A stretch of DNA of 64,000 nucleotides, from positions 5,687-69,686 of the forward strand of contig DYHX01000001.1 of the NCBI GenBank assembly GCA_020723925.1, written 5' to 3'. A program made the position numbers and the translations under genes. Every line of letters begins with the position of its first letter. The stretch's first letter is position 1. Of this stretch, positions 15,855-24,222 are shown one piece after another. The notes under the pieces are model-generated. The model saw nothing but the letters and a program-made list of their open reading frames with translations. It searched no databases and was not told the origin of the DNA. This stretch comes from Nitrospira japonica (GTDB taxonomy: Bacteria > Nitrospirota > Thermodesulfovibrionia > Thermodesulfovibrionales > DYHX01).

Positions 15855-17498
15855 ATGAGTAAAAAGTTTTATGTGTTTTTCGTGGCAGTTCTGGCACTTG
15901 CACTGGTTGGTGGAATCTACCACACAAGTGCAGATGCTCAAAAAGCAGCACCAGCAGAGAAACCTGTAAAGGTTGAGACATGCTATGGCTGCCACGCACC
16001 CATTAAAGAATTCCATGCAACTGGCAAACACAAAGATGTAAACTGTGTATCCTGCCATACTGGACTGGATAAGCATGTTGCAAATGTGAAAGATAGGCCT
16101 GTCACAAGGACAGACCACAAGGCATGCGGAGCCTGCCACAAAGAGCAGTATGAGAGCTTCTTTACAATGAACTGGAAGAAGCTGGCAAGGATTGAGAAGG
16201 CACAACCAAAGGAGAAGGCCCCAGCCTTTGATCTCCTTATGATGCCTCATGGATTCACAAAGGAACACAATATCCAGAGGAGCCACTCATTTATGCTTAT
16301 TGACCATCTGCTTATTGACAGGGGTTATGGTGGAAGGTTCCAGCCAAAGGCTGGTTGGGCAATGTTTGGAATGAGCGGAGACCTTAAGGCATGGGATGTC
16401 CTTGAGGACAGATATCCTGATGTGAAGGAGCACAAGGCATTTATCCCTGAGAGCGCTCCAGCAGCAAACCCTGTCTGCTTGAACTGTAAGAGTCAGGACC
16501 ACATCCTTAAGTGGGCATATATGGGTGACCCGGTCACTGGCACAACATGGTCAAGGACATCAAAAGTCTTTGAGTTTGCGAAAGACCTTAATCATGCACT
16601 TAACTGCTATATGTGCCATGACCCGCATGCTGCAAAGCCGAGGGTTGTCCGTGACGCGCTTATACAGGCATTGACAAGACCTCAGGCAGATACCTTATGG
16701 CACAAGGATCCAAAGAGGACGAAGATAGATGTTAAGGATATGGGTCTCAGAGGCTATACGAGAAAGATTGCGCTACTCGAAAAGACCGACACAAAACTTC
16801 AGTGCGGTCAGTGCCATGTGGAATATAACTGCAACCCTGGCACAGAGATAAGCACAGGCAAACCAATCACAATGGCAGACCAGAGGACAAACCACTTCCC
16901 ATTCAAGGATGTCTTCCAGATGTACGACCATTATAATGCCCTTGATTTCCGTGATTTCAAGCATGCTATAACAGGCGCGCTTCTCTGGAAGGCACAGCAC
17001 CCAGAGGCAGAGACATACTGGAACTCAAAGCATGACAAGGCAGGAGTTCAGTGCTCAGACTGCCATATGCCTAAGATGACAGACCCAAAGACAAAGAAGA
17101 CATATACTTCGCACTGGCAGACGAACCCGAAGAACTACCTGAAGGAGACATGTCTGAAGTGCCATCCCGACTGGAATGAGACAAAGGCAGCCTATGTAAT
17201 AGACAGCGTAGCTAACCACCTAAAGGGTAAGGCAAGGAAGGCTGAGTTCTGGCTCACGAGGCTCATCAACAAGTTTGAAGAGGCAAAGGCTGTCGGTGTT
17301 GATGAGGAGACACTCAAGCAGGCAAGGGTTCAGCACGACAAGGCTCATATCCACTGGGAATGGTGGACTGCTGAGACCTCTGCGGGCTTCCATAACATTG
17401 ACCAGGCAAAGCTCTCTCTAACTACTGGCATCGTAGATTCTAAGAAGGGTATAGAAATCCTTCAGAAGGCGATAGATACAAAGAGGGCAGCAAAATAA
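15855..17498 (+). CDS. Octahaem cytochrome c, NrfA/TvNiR-like (candidate octahaem nitrite reductase)
   Basis: Sec signal peptide. Motifs in order are CYGCH, CVSCH, CGACH, CLNCK, CYMCH, CGQCH, CSDCH, CLKCH. NrfA-like blocks include PVCLNCKSQDH and KAQHPEAETYWNSKHDKAGVQCSDCHMPK. Confidence 0.85.
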   Translation: MSKKFYVFFVAVLALALVGGIYHTSADAQKAAPAEKPVKVETCYGCHAPIKEFHATGKHKDVNCVSCHTGLDKHVANVKDRPVTRTDHKACGACHKEQYESFFTMNWKKLARIEKAQPKEKAPAFDLLMMPHGFTKEHNIQRSHSFMLIDHLLIDRGYGGRFQPKAGWAMFGMSGDLKAWDVLEDRYPDVKEHKAFIPESAPAANPVCLNCKSQDHILKWAYMGDPVTGTTWSRTSKVFEFAKDLNHALNCYMCHDPHAAKPRVVRDALIQALTRPQADTLWHKDPKRTKIDVKDMGLRGYTRKIALLEKTDTKLQCGQCHVEYNCNPGTEISTGKPITMADQRTNHFPFKDVFQMYDHYNALDFRDFKHAITGALLWKAQHPEAETYWNSKHDKAGVQCSDCHMPKMTDPKTKKTYTSHWQTNPKNYLKETCLKCHPDWNETKAAYVIDSVANHLKGKARKAEFWLTRLINKFEEAKAVGVDEETLKQARVQHDKAHIHWEWWTAETSAGFHNIDQAKLSLTTGIVDSKKGIEILQKAIDTKRAAK

Positions 17499-17510
17499 TG
17501 TTTTAAAAAA

Positions 17511-17540
17511 GGCGGGGCAATATGCCCCGTCTTTTAATTT
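17511..17540 (+). terminator. Rho-independent terminator-like hairpin after the octahaem gene
   Basis: ggcggggca-ata-tgccccgtc followed by ttttaattt. Confidence 0.65.
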
Positions 17541-17579
17541 CATGGACTGGGTAAAAGATAATGTTCAAAATTATGGAAG

Positions 17580-18080
17580 ATGGGGGTGAACATGAAAAAG
17601 ATAGTATTAATGGTGTTGATGTTATTAATTGCTGTTGGAGTTATTGCTTCTATAGGATATGGTAGTAACAATAGCGCCCCAAATGCTGAATGCTATGTAT
17701 GTCATACTGGTGCTACTGTCCCAGCCGAGCTGAAACTCGTAGGGCTTCCAAAACAATATGAACATGGGAAGACATATAAGCTTACATTAACGGTAAGTAG
17801 CCCGTTACAAAGCATAGGTGTTGTTCAGGGTGGTTTTTCTGCTGAGGCAACAGCAGGTGAATTAATAATAACAGATGAGAAGAACACCCAGATTTCACTT
17901 CCTTTTATAACTCATACACAGGAGGGCTCTGAAAAGAGGACATGGAAGTTTGCATGGAAGGCGCCGCAGCAGAAGGTGGATGTTGATCTCAAGGTGATGG
18001 CGGTTGCAGCAGATGGTGATTTTTCCTCTAATGGTGATGCAATAACTGCTGAGGTATTTACAATCAAGCCAAAGAAATAG
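17580..18080 (+). CDS. Secreted monohaem c-type cytochrome fused to a predicted beta-sandwich domain
   Basis: Signal/TM segment (start probably MKKIVL at 17592), a single CYVCH, then a beta-rich region (GGFSAEATAG...WKFAWKAP...LKVMAVAADGD). Confidence 0.6.
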   Translation: MGVNMKKIVLMVLMLLIAVGVIASIGYGSNNSAPNAECYVCHTGATVPAELKLVGLPKQYEHGKTYKLTLTVSSPLQSIGVVQGGFSAEATAGELIITDEKNTQISLPFITHTQEGSEKRTWKFAWKAPQQKVDVDLKVMAVAADGDFSSNGDAITAEVFTIKPKK

Positions 18081-18104
18081 TTAAACATAAAGGAGGAAGC
18101 TAAA

Positions 18105-21100
18105 ATGAGACTCAGTAGAAGAGATTTTTTAAGGGCAAGTGCTATAACAGCCGCTGCTGCGGCTGCAGGCATTGCTAAACCGGAGATGCTTTTAGCAGCC
18201 CATCCTGTTAAATCTTTTCCTGTTGGTCAGTGCAGGTATTGTGCAGTGGGCTGCACAACGATAGCTGACTGTGAGGTGGATGCAGCAGGTAAGGTAACGA
18301 GGGTTGTGGCAATAAAAGGCGACCTTAAGAGCCCTGTTAACAGGGGTGTGCTCTGTACAAAAGCGTTCTACCTGCACAAAGCTATTGCATACAAAGACAG
18401 GCCAAAGGGTGCCCTAATCAGAAAGGAATGGATTAACCCAAAGACCGGCAAGCCTGATCTGGTGAATTCACCGAGAGTGATTGAAGGTAAAAACACAAAG
18501 GATCCACATGGTTTGAAACCTTCAGAGGTTGACATGAAGGAAAACTTCACCATGATACCTTGGGAAGATGCCATAGACTTTGTTGCAGACGCAGTGGAAA
18601 AAACCGTGAAGGAAAACGGCAAACACAGCGTGGCATACTATGGCAGCGGACAGGCAGGGACTGAAGAGACACATATAATGAATAAGACCCTGAAGGGCGG
18701 CGGTATGCTTGCCAACAACGCCATCGAAGGCCAGCCGAGGATGTGTATGGCATCTGCTGTTGTGGGTTATCTCTACACCTTTGGAAAAGACGAGCCATAC
18801 GGTAGCCTTGATGATATTGATGTTCCAGACCCTGACTTCAAAAAACATGCAGACACATTCTTTATCATCGGAAATAACACAGCAGAGGCACATCCGATAA
18901 TCTTTAACAGGATTGCTGCTATAAAGGCAAAAAATCCGAATATAAAGATTATCCTCGCTGACCCGAGGAAGACTCGTTCTGGAACAATTGCTGATTTATG
19001 GCTGCCATTTGCAACAGGTAGGGACCTCGTGCTTCTCAATTCAATAGCGTATGTAATTACCCATGAGCTTGATGGTGCAAAGTATGATGTTGAAAAGGGC
19101 ACTGTTGATGCAAAATGGAAATACCTTGATAAAAAGTTCATTGAAAGGCATGTGAGCTTTGGAATACACGAGGATGTAAAAAAGACATGGGTAAAGACCA
19201 CCTATGGAGGCACGAGGGATGCAGCATGGGACCTCACCTATACAGCAGAGCCAAGGAAGACCTATCCAAGCCTTAAGACCAAATATGCATCAGAGGAAGA
19301 TGTAATGAAAGACCTTTATAAGGGCTTTGCTGTCTTCCTTAAGTTCCTTGAGGACTACAAACCCGAAAAGGTCTCGGACATAATTTTTGAGGGCGAAGCC
19401 CCCCTCGTCTATGACAAGACGACGAGAACATGGAAGAAGATCAGCGGGCCAGAGGCGGTAAGGCTTGCAGCAAAATGGTTTGCCGAAGGATATACTTTGT
19501 CTGCATGGTGTATGGGTGTAAATCAGAAACTGCAGGGCACATGGACTAATGCATCACTTCATATGCTCAATCTTATCACAGGAAAGGCAGTTAAACCGGG
19601 CAGGCACTCGTTCAGCTTTACAGGCCAGCCGAATGCCTGCGGTGGAATCAGGGCACCAGGGGCACTCTGCCATGCACTGCCATACGGAAGGCTCGTTGTA
19701 AACCCGCTTCACAGGGCAGCGGTTGAAAAGATGTGGGCTGATAGGGCCGCTGCATACCTTAAGAAGCGTGGTATGTCTGATGCAGAAATAGCAGGAGAGA
19801 CAGCAAAGATAAAGATTCACGATAAACCAGGTCCCCATACTGTTGAGATGTTCAGGAGGCTCGGTGCAGGACAGATTAAGGTCCAGTTTGTTTCAACTGT
19901 TAACCCTGGCCAGAGCCTGCCATATTCATGGCCTTACAGGTTGGCAATGGGAGGTGCAAAGAAAGGAGAACCCTGGCCCCTTACAGTAACGCTTGAGGCA
20001 TTTCCAAATGCAACAACACAGGTCTCAGACATCGTGCTTGGTGCTTCAAGCTGGTATGAGAAGGAGTTTATATTTGGAAACCTTGAGAGAAGGTATCAGA
20101 TTATCAAAAAGGTCATAGACCCTGTTGGGAATCCAATCCCTGACCATACAATATTCGCCCTGATAATGAGAAGGCTTGAGGAAAAAGGACTTGTTCCGAA
20201 AGGTCATGTTTCCCAGTTCTGGCCCGAGAAATATGACGGCACTGACTGGATGAAGAAGACACTGGCGGCAGCCAACACATTGGAGTGGAACAGGGAATTT
20301 ACCACCAATATCTGGGACGAACTGATGGCGCTTTCTAAGGGGACAGGGTATGACTTTAGTGGTATGAATAGGAAAATGTTACTTGAGCAGAACTTCGGCT
20401 ACAGGATACCACTACCAGCGGAATACCACACGGATGCCTCTGTGAAGGCAAGATATGACAAGTACCATTCGAGCATCCAGTATGCCTTCCCCTATGATCC
20501 GCATATTGATAAAATTACTGCGTTTTACCTTAAGAATATGAAGGAGTTTAATCCTGTCTATGGTGCATGGCTTGAGAAGAATATCAATGCAATGAAGGCA
20601 GATGAAGCGTATCATAAGGAAGAAAACCTTCCCAAAGGATGGTATGCGAGCTTCTATAACTCCAATGCCTTTATCAATGGTATGGTTGATATCCCTACAC
20701 CAGATGGCAAGACAAGAAAGGCTCCAGGCTGGGATGGCAGGGCTATTGCATGGGCAAATACATGGTGGGCATGCAAGTTTGACGGAAAGGGGTTTGTCAA
20801 ATATAAGACCGTTGAGGTTGTTGAGAGGAAGTTTAATCCTGCAAAGGTTGAGGAGCACAGCGCTTTACCTTTTGACCCTATATCCAAATATACAGTCAGT
20901 GTCATCGGTGACCCTGATAAGGACATGGGCGCCATGAAGAATATTGCCCTGTCACCTGCAGAATTCCATAACTTAAGACATGAATACACAAAGGCTGATG
21001 GAAGCAAGCTTCTTATAATTGATACAACCGATTTCAAATACGGAGCGTGTACAGGAAGGGTTGTTGAACACTGGCACTCAGGCAGCATGACAACAAGGGT

Positions 21101-21440
21101 TGCTGAGCTTAACCGCGCAGTTCCGGGTGCGTATGTGGAGATCAATATTGAACTTGCCAGGAAGCTTGGTATTAAGGATGGCGATTCTGTGATAGTTGAA
21201 TCTCCAAGGGGTAAGATTGAACTTCCTGCAAAGGTGCTTGATGTTACAAAGGCAACAGGTGGGCCAAGATACGATTATGTATTTGTGCCGTGGTTTGATG
21301 AGTACAAACTCATTAACATGATAATGAGGGATGCCTTTGACCCCTTCAGCTTCCAGGCAGACTACAAGATGTTTGCGGTGAAGATTTACAAGGGCAAGAC
21401 AAAGACAAGACAGGCAGAGCCTGGAAAGATAGTAGTATAA
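18105..21440 (+). CDS. napA: Tat-exported Mo-bisPGD oxidoreductase, NapA-like periplasmic nitrate reductase catalytic subunit, unusually long (1111 aa)
   Basis: Tat signal SRRDFLRASAITAAAAAAG; Fe-S motif CRYCAVGC...GDLKSPVNRGVLCTK; Cys-ligand block QPRMCMASAVVGYLYTFGKDEP; FTGQPNACGG; TGRVVEHWHSGSMT; C-terminal FQADYKMFAVKIYK. Confidence 0.85.
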   Translation: MRLSRRDFLRASAITAAAAAAGIAKPEMLLAAHPVKSFPVGQCRYCAVGCTTIADCEVDAAGKVTRVVAIKGDLKSPVNRGVLCTKAFYLHKAIAYKDRPKGALIRKEWINPKTGKPDLVNSPRVIEGKNTKDPHGLKPSEVDMKENFTMIPWEDAIDFVADAVEKTVKENGKHSVAYYGSGQAGTEETHIMNKTLKGGGMLANNAIEGQPRMCMASAVVGYLYTFGKDEPYGSLDDIDVPDPDFKKHADTFFIIGNNTAEAHPIIFNRIAAIKAKNPNIKIILADPRKTRSGTIADLWLPFATGRDLVLLNSIAYVITHELDGAKYDVEKGTVDAKWKYLDKKFIERHVSFGIHEDVKKTWVKTTYGGTRDAAWDLTYTAEPRKTYPSLKTKYASEEDVMKDLYKGFAVFLKFLEDYKPEKVSDIIFEGEAPLVYDKTTRTWKKISGPEAVRLAAKWFAEGYTLSAWCMGVNQKLQGTWTNASLHMLNLITGKAVKPGRHSFSFTGQPNACGGIRAPGALCHALPYGRLVVNPLHRAAVEKMWADRAAAYLKKRGMSDAEIAGETAKIKIHDKPGPHTVEMFRRLGAGQIKVQFVSTVNPGQSLPYSWPYRLAMGGAKKGEPWPLTVTLEAFPNATTQVSDIVLGASSWYEKEFIFGNLERRYQIIKKVIDPVGNPIPDHTIFALIMRRLEEKGLVPKGHVSQFWPEKYDGTDWMKKTLAAANTLEWNREFTTNIWDELMALSKGTGYDFSGMNRKMLLEQNFGYRIPLPAEYHTDASVKARYDKYHSSIQYAFPYDPHIDKITAFYLKNMKEFNPVYGAWLEKNINAMKADEAYHKEENLPKGWYASFYNSNAFINGMVDIPTPDGKTRKAPGWDGRAIAWANTWWACKFDGKGFVKYKTVEVVERKFNPAKVEEHSALPFDPISKYTVSVIGDPDKDMGAMKNIALSPAEFHNLRHEYTKADGSKLLIIDTTDFKYGACTGRVVEHWHSGSMTTRVAELNRAVPGAYVEINIELARKLGIKDGDSVIVESPRGKIELPAKVLDVTKATGGPRYDYVFVPWFDEYKLINMIMRDAFDPFSFQADYKMFAVKIYKGKTKTRQAEPGKIVV

Positions 21441-21507
21441 AGTAACGAGTAACGGATGACGAGTATGGGAGATTTAAAATCCCAACTCGTTACCCTATTT
21501 TAATTTT

Positions 21508-21537
21508 AACCTCGTTTAAAACGCGAGGTTATTTTTT
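21508..21537 (+). terminator. Terminator-like hairpin after the napA-like gene
   Basis: aacctcg-tttaaaacg-cgaggtt followed by attttttg. Confidence 0.55.
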
Positions 21538-21562
21538 GACTATGCGATTGTTGCTGTAAAAG

Positions 21563-21633
21563 AAACAGGGTTCAAGGATTCGAGCAAGATTTTTCACTTG
21601 ATCACTGGACTCCTCGAATCCTTGAACCCTGTT
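21563..21633. repeat. Perfect 22-bp inverted repeat (AAACAGGGTTCAAGGATTCGAG) with 27-nt spacer
   Basis: The arms at 21563-21584 and 21612-21633 are exact reverse complements. Confidence 0.8.
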
Positions 21634-21643
21634 TCATAGATAC

Positions 21644-22285
21644 ATGGAGAATAGACTGAGATTACTCAGAACAACGCATCATCAAAATAAAATCAGGACA
21701 GGAGGAAGTATGAAAAATTTGTTAGTGGTTGTTTTTGCCCTTTTTTTTGTGGTGTCGTGCGCAAAGAAAGAGGATAAGAAGGCAGGTGAAGGCTATTTAG
21801 CAAAGGTCGGAAATGTAGTAATAACAAAGCAGGATATGGACAATGAGCTTGCATCAATGCCTGAAGACAGGCGTCAGTTTTATATGGGTAAAGATGGCAT
21901 GGGGCAGCTCATCGAAGATATGGTGAAAAAGGAGATATTCCATCAGGAGGCGATTAAAAAAGGCATAGATAAAAAGCAGGAATATCTGAAGAAGATTGAA
22001 TACCTAAAAAAGATGTCACTTATCGAGACACTTTTAGAGACTGAACTTGCCAAAAAGATAGAGGTTACTGATAAGGAAGTAATTGATTATTACAACAAAC
22101 ATAAGGCAGCGGAATTCACAGATAAAGCCACTGGCAAGGTTATTGAGTTACAATATATCAAAGATGGGCTAAAAAAGCAGCTTGTAATGGAGAAACAGAG
22201 AGGAGTTTTTGAAAAGTATTTAGCTGATTTAAGGAAGACATATAAGCCTGAGATAAAGGCGGTAGATAGTAAACAGAGGAAGTAA
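21644..22285 (+). CDS. Lipoprotein with SurA/PrsA N-terminal chaperone-like domain (no rotamase domain evident)
   Basis: The likely start is MKNLLVVVFALFFVVSC at 21710 (lipobox VVSC). The LAKVGNVVITKQDMDNEL...EVIDYYNKHKAEF pattern resembles SurA_N. Confidence 0.55.
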   Translation: MENRLRLLRTTHHQNKIRTGGSMKNLLVVVFALFFVVSCAKKEDKKAGEGYLAKVGNVVITKQDMDNELASMPEDRRQFYMGKDGMGQLIEDMVKKEIFHQEAIKKGIDKKQEYLKKIEYLKKMSLIETLLETELAKKIEVTDKEVIDYYNKHKAAEFTDKATGKVIELQYIKDGLKKQLVMEKQRGVFEKYLADLRKTYKPEIKAVDSKQRK

Positions 22286-22310
22286 CTATAGTGAACGACC
22301 AAAGAAAGTT

Positions 22311-22374
22311 GTCATTGCGAGGAACGTAGTGACGAAGCAATCCCTTGAGATTGCTTCGCTTTGCTCGCAATGAC
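22311..22374. repeat. GTCATTGCGAG...CTCGCAATGAC-bounded palindromic element
   Basis: 11-bp terminal inverted repeats with an inner GAAGCAATC/GATTGCTTC hairpin. Related copies lie at 23223-23290 and 24131-24195. Confidence 0.8.
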
Positions 22375-22423
22375 AGTCAGTAGTATGTCTACTTACTTAG
22401 GGCGTTAACTATAAATAATAGAT

Positions 22424-23188
22424 ATGAAGTTTACGAGAAGAGATTTCCTTAAGGCGTCGATCCTGACAGGTGCTACTGTGATAGTCGGAAACGGACTCCC
22501 CCTTTTGGAAAACCTTGCTGATGCGGCAAAAGAAGAGTTCATGGGGCCGCTTCCTGATATAGATGTCGGAGGTTTGATAAGGCCGCCGGGTGCTTTACCA
22601 GAGAATAAATTCAGGTCAAAATGCATAAGCTGTGGTGTTTGTGTGAATGTCTGTCATGTGATGAAGTATGATGCGATTGCAGTTGTCGGACTTAAGGATA
22701 TAAAAAATTTCGGAACGCCTTACATAAAAGACATGCGAGATTTCCCCTGCGCACTCTGTATGGAATGCCCAAAGCACTGTCCAACAGGGGCACTGCAAAA
22801 AGTGGAGAAAGAGAAGGTAACAATGGGAATGGCCCTTATTGATTTTGGTCTGTGTTTCGGCTGGAACGGTGATGTCTGCCTCTCCTGTAGCAAGGCATGT
22901 CCAATGGGTGCAAAGATATTTGATTTCTACAATGGCGAATGGGGCAATCAACCATATATAAACGAGAACTGTGTTGGGTGCGGACTGTGTGCTAAATACT
23001 GTCCCCTCGGAGGTTCAGCAATAAAGGTGGTTACGAGAGGACAGTATGAAAAAATCAGATCATCTTATGTAAATGAGTTTAAGCGGCTTCTTTCATTGTC
23101 CAATGAGGAAAGATACAATGTTGTTTATGGCCGGAATATCCAGCAGATCATGGCAAGAGGACGCTTGGTTGAGCGTGAATACCGTTAA
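22424..23188 (+). CDS. napG: NapG-like Tat-exported poly-[4Fe-4S] ferredoxin
   Basis: Tat signal TRRDFLKASILTG, the IRPPGALPENKFRSKCISCGVCVNVC block typical of NapG, and four Cys clusters. Confidence 0.85.
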   Translation: MKFTRRDFLKASILTGATVIVGNGLPLLENLADAAKEEFMGPLPDIDVGGLIRPPGALPENKFRSKCISCGVCVNVCHVMKYDAIAVVGLKDIKNFGTPYIKDMRDFPCALCMECPKHCPTGALQKVEKEKVTMGMALIDFGLCFGWNGDVCLSCSKACPMGAKIFDFYNGEWGNQPYINENCVGCGLCAKYCPLGGSAIKVVTRGQYEKIRSSYVNEFKRLLSLSNEERYNVVYGRNIQQIMARGRLVEREYR

Positions 23189-24164
23189 AGGCAGTCAGCG
23201 GTCAGAAGTAAATAATAGAAATGTCATTGCGAGGAGCGTTAGCGACGAAGCAATCTCAAAAGACGAGATTCCTCGCTCTGCTCGGAATGACAACGGGAAA
23301 ATAAAGTTGTCCAGAATCAGAAGGCTTGTTCTCCTTGCTATTGTTATACTTTTTTCCCTCCAGTTTCTGAGAATAAAGGTTCTTGCCGGCGGTCTTACAG
23401 GTTCTGTTGCTGTCCTGTTCGTGAGGCTGATGGATGTCTTTGCATATTTTGAAAGCCTGATAGCGTCAGGGGATTTCACTATTAATGCATTGATTGCTGT
23501 GCTTCCAATCATTGGAATATATCTCATCTTTGGTAGGGCTTTCTGTGGATGGGTCTGCCCCATGGATTTTCTCTATGAGTTGGTGGATAAAATAAAAGTC
23601 AGAAGTCAGAAGTCAGAAGTCAGAAGTCAGGAACAAAGGACAAGGAGCAATGTGTCTCCTAAGATTGGTTATGTGATTGCAGGGATCTTACTTGTCACCT
23701 CTGGACTATTGAATGTACCGTTTTTTACAAACTACTTCTCTCATCTTACCAACTTCTTCAGGTTAATTACGAGTGGTGTTTATCTTGCCCTTGACCTTCC
23801 TGTTGAGCCAACAGTGATGTTATTTTCAGGCACTGTTATATTCTCCCTGTTACTCCTGGAATATTTCTTCCCGAGACTCTGGTGCAGGGCATTATGCCCT
23901 GTTGGGAAAACCTATAGCCTTTTTAATAAGATAAGTCTGCTTAAACTCAAGTTCATGGAAGGGGAATGCAGTGAATGTAATCTCTGTGAGCAGGTATGTT
24001 ATATGGATGTGAAGATAACTCCTCATTTAAACCAACCAGGTCTCAGGGATATAAACTGCATTTACTGTGGTAGATGTGTAGAGGGCTGTGAGACAAAGGG
24101 AAAGATTATAAAGATGAAACTATCCATACTGTCATTCCGAGCGAAGCGAGGAATCTCGTCTTGA
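23073..24164 (+). CDS. napH: NapH-like membrane-bound ferredoxin-type quinol dehydrogenase subunit
   Basis: TM helices with FCGWVCPMDFLYE and RLWCRALCPVG, plus C-terminal CSECNLCEQVC and CIYCGRCVEGC. The first ~78 codons overlap the napG 3' end (23073-23188) and then run through repeat DNA, so the real start is probably near TTG 23307. The last ~11 codons are also repeat-derived. Confidence 0.8.
   Translation: MSLSGFFHCPMRKDTMLFMAGISSRSWQEDAWLSVNTVKGSQRSEVNNRNVIARSVSDEAISKDEIPRSARNDNGKIKLSRIRRLVLLAIVILFSLQFLRIKVLAGGLTGSVAVLFVRLMDVFAYFESLIASGDFTINALIAVLPIIGIYLIFGRAFCGWVCPMDFLYELVDKIKVRSQKSEVRSQEQRTRSNVSPKIGYVIAGILLVTSGLLNVPFFTNYFSHLTNFFRLITSGVYLALDLPVEPTVMLFSGTVIFSLLLLEYFFPRLWCRALCPVGKTYSLFNKISLLKLKFMEGECSECNLCEQVCYMDVKITPHLNQPGLRDINCIYCGRCVEGCETKGKIIKMKLSILSFRAKRGISS
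23223..23290. repeat. GTCATTGCGAG...CGGAATGAC-bounded palindromic element
   Basis: Same family as 22311-22374. It lies inside the 5' extension of the napH ORF. Confidence 0.8.
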
Positions 24165-24195
24165 GATTGCTTCGAGACTTTGTCCCTCGCAATGA
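24131..24195. repeat. GTCATTCCGAG...CTCGCAATGAC-bounded palindromic element
   Basis: Same family. It overlaps the napH stop codon. Confidence 0.8.
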
Positions 24196-24222
24196 CAATG
24201 TAAAGAACTGTGGGAGGAACTT

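Noticed and set aside
15768-16286. 172-aa Cys-rich ORF antisense to the octahaem cytochrome gene
   Set aside because: The cysteine richness comes from reading CXXCH-rich coding sequence on the opposite strand. The sense-strand cytochrome is strongly supported. Other antisense ORFs inside napA (18773-19201, 20412-20858, 20654-21145) and inside the other long genes are rejected for the same reason.
18105-21440. Alternative identity of the 1111-aa molybdoenzyme as tetrathionate reductase TtrA (similar length), formate dehydrogenase or polysulfide reductase
   Set aside because: The sequence blocks match NapA closely (SPVNRGxLCxK, RxCMASAVVGY Cys ligand, GRVxEHWHxGSMT, C-terminal DxKxxAVK). The partners are NapG/H/D-like rather than TtrBC/PsrBC. 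Only a phylogeny can exclude a distinct NapA-related clade with another substrate, and this caveat is kept in the findings.
23597-23631. Could the short tandem repeats (here and at 25279, 35975, 57780 and elsewhere) be CRISPR arrays?
   Set aside because: The period is only 7-8 nt with no unique spacers, the arrays are under 50 nt, several lie inside genes, and no cas genes are present.
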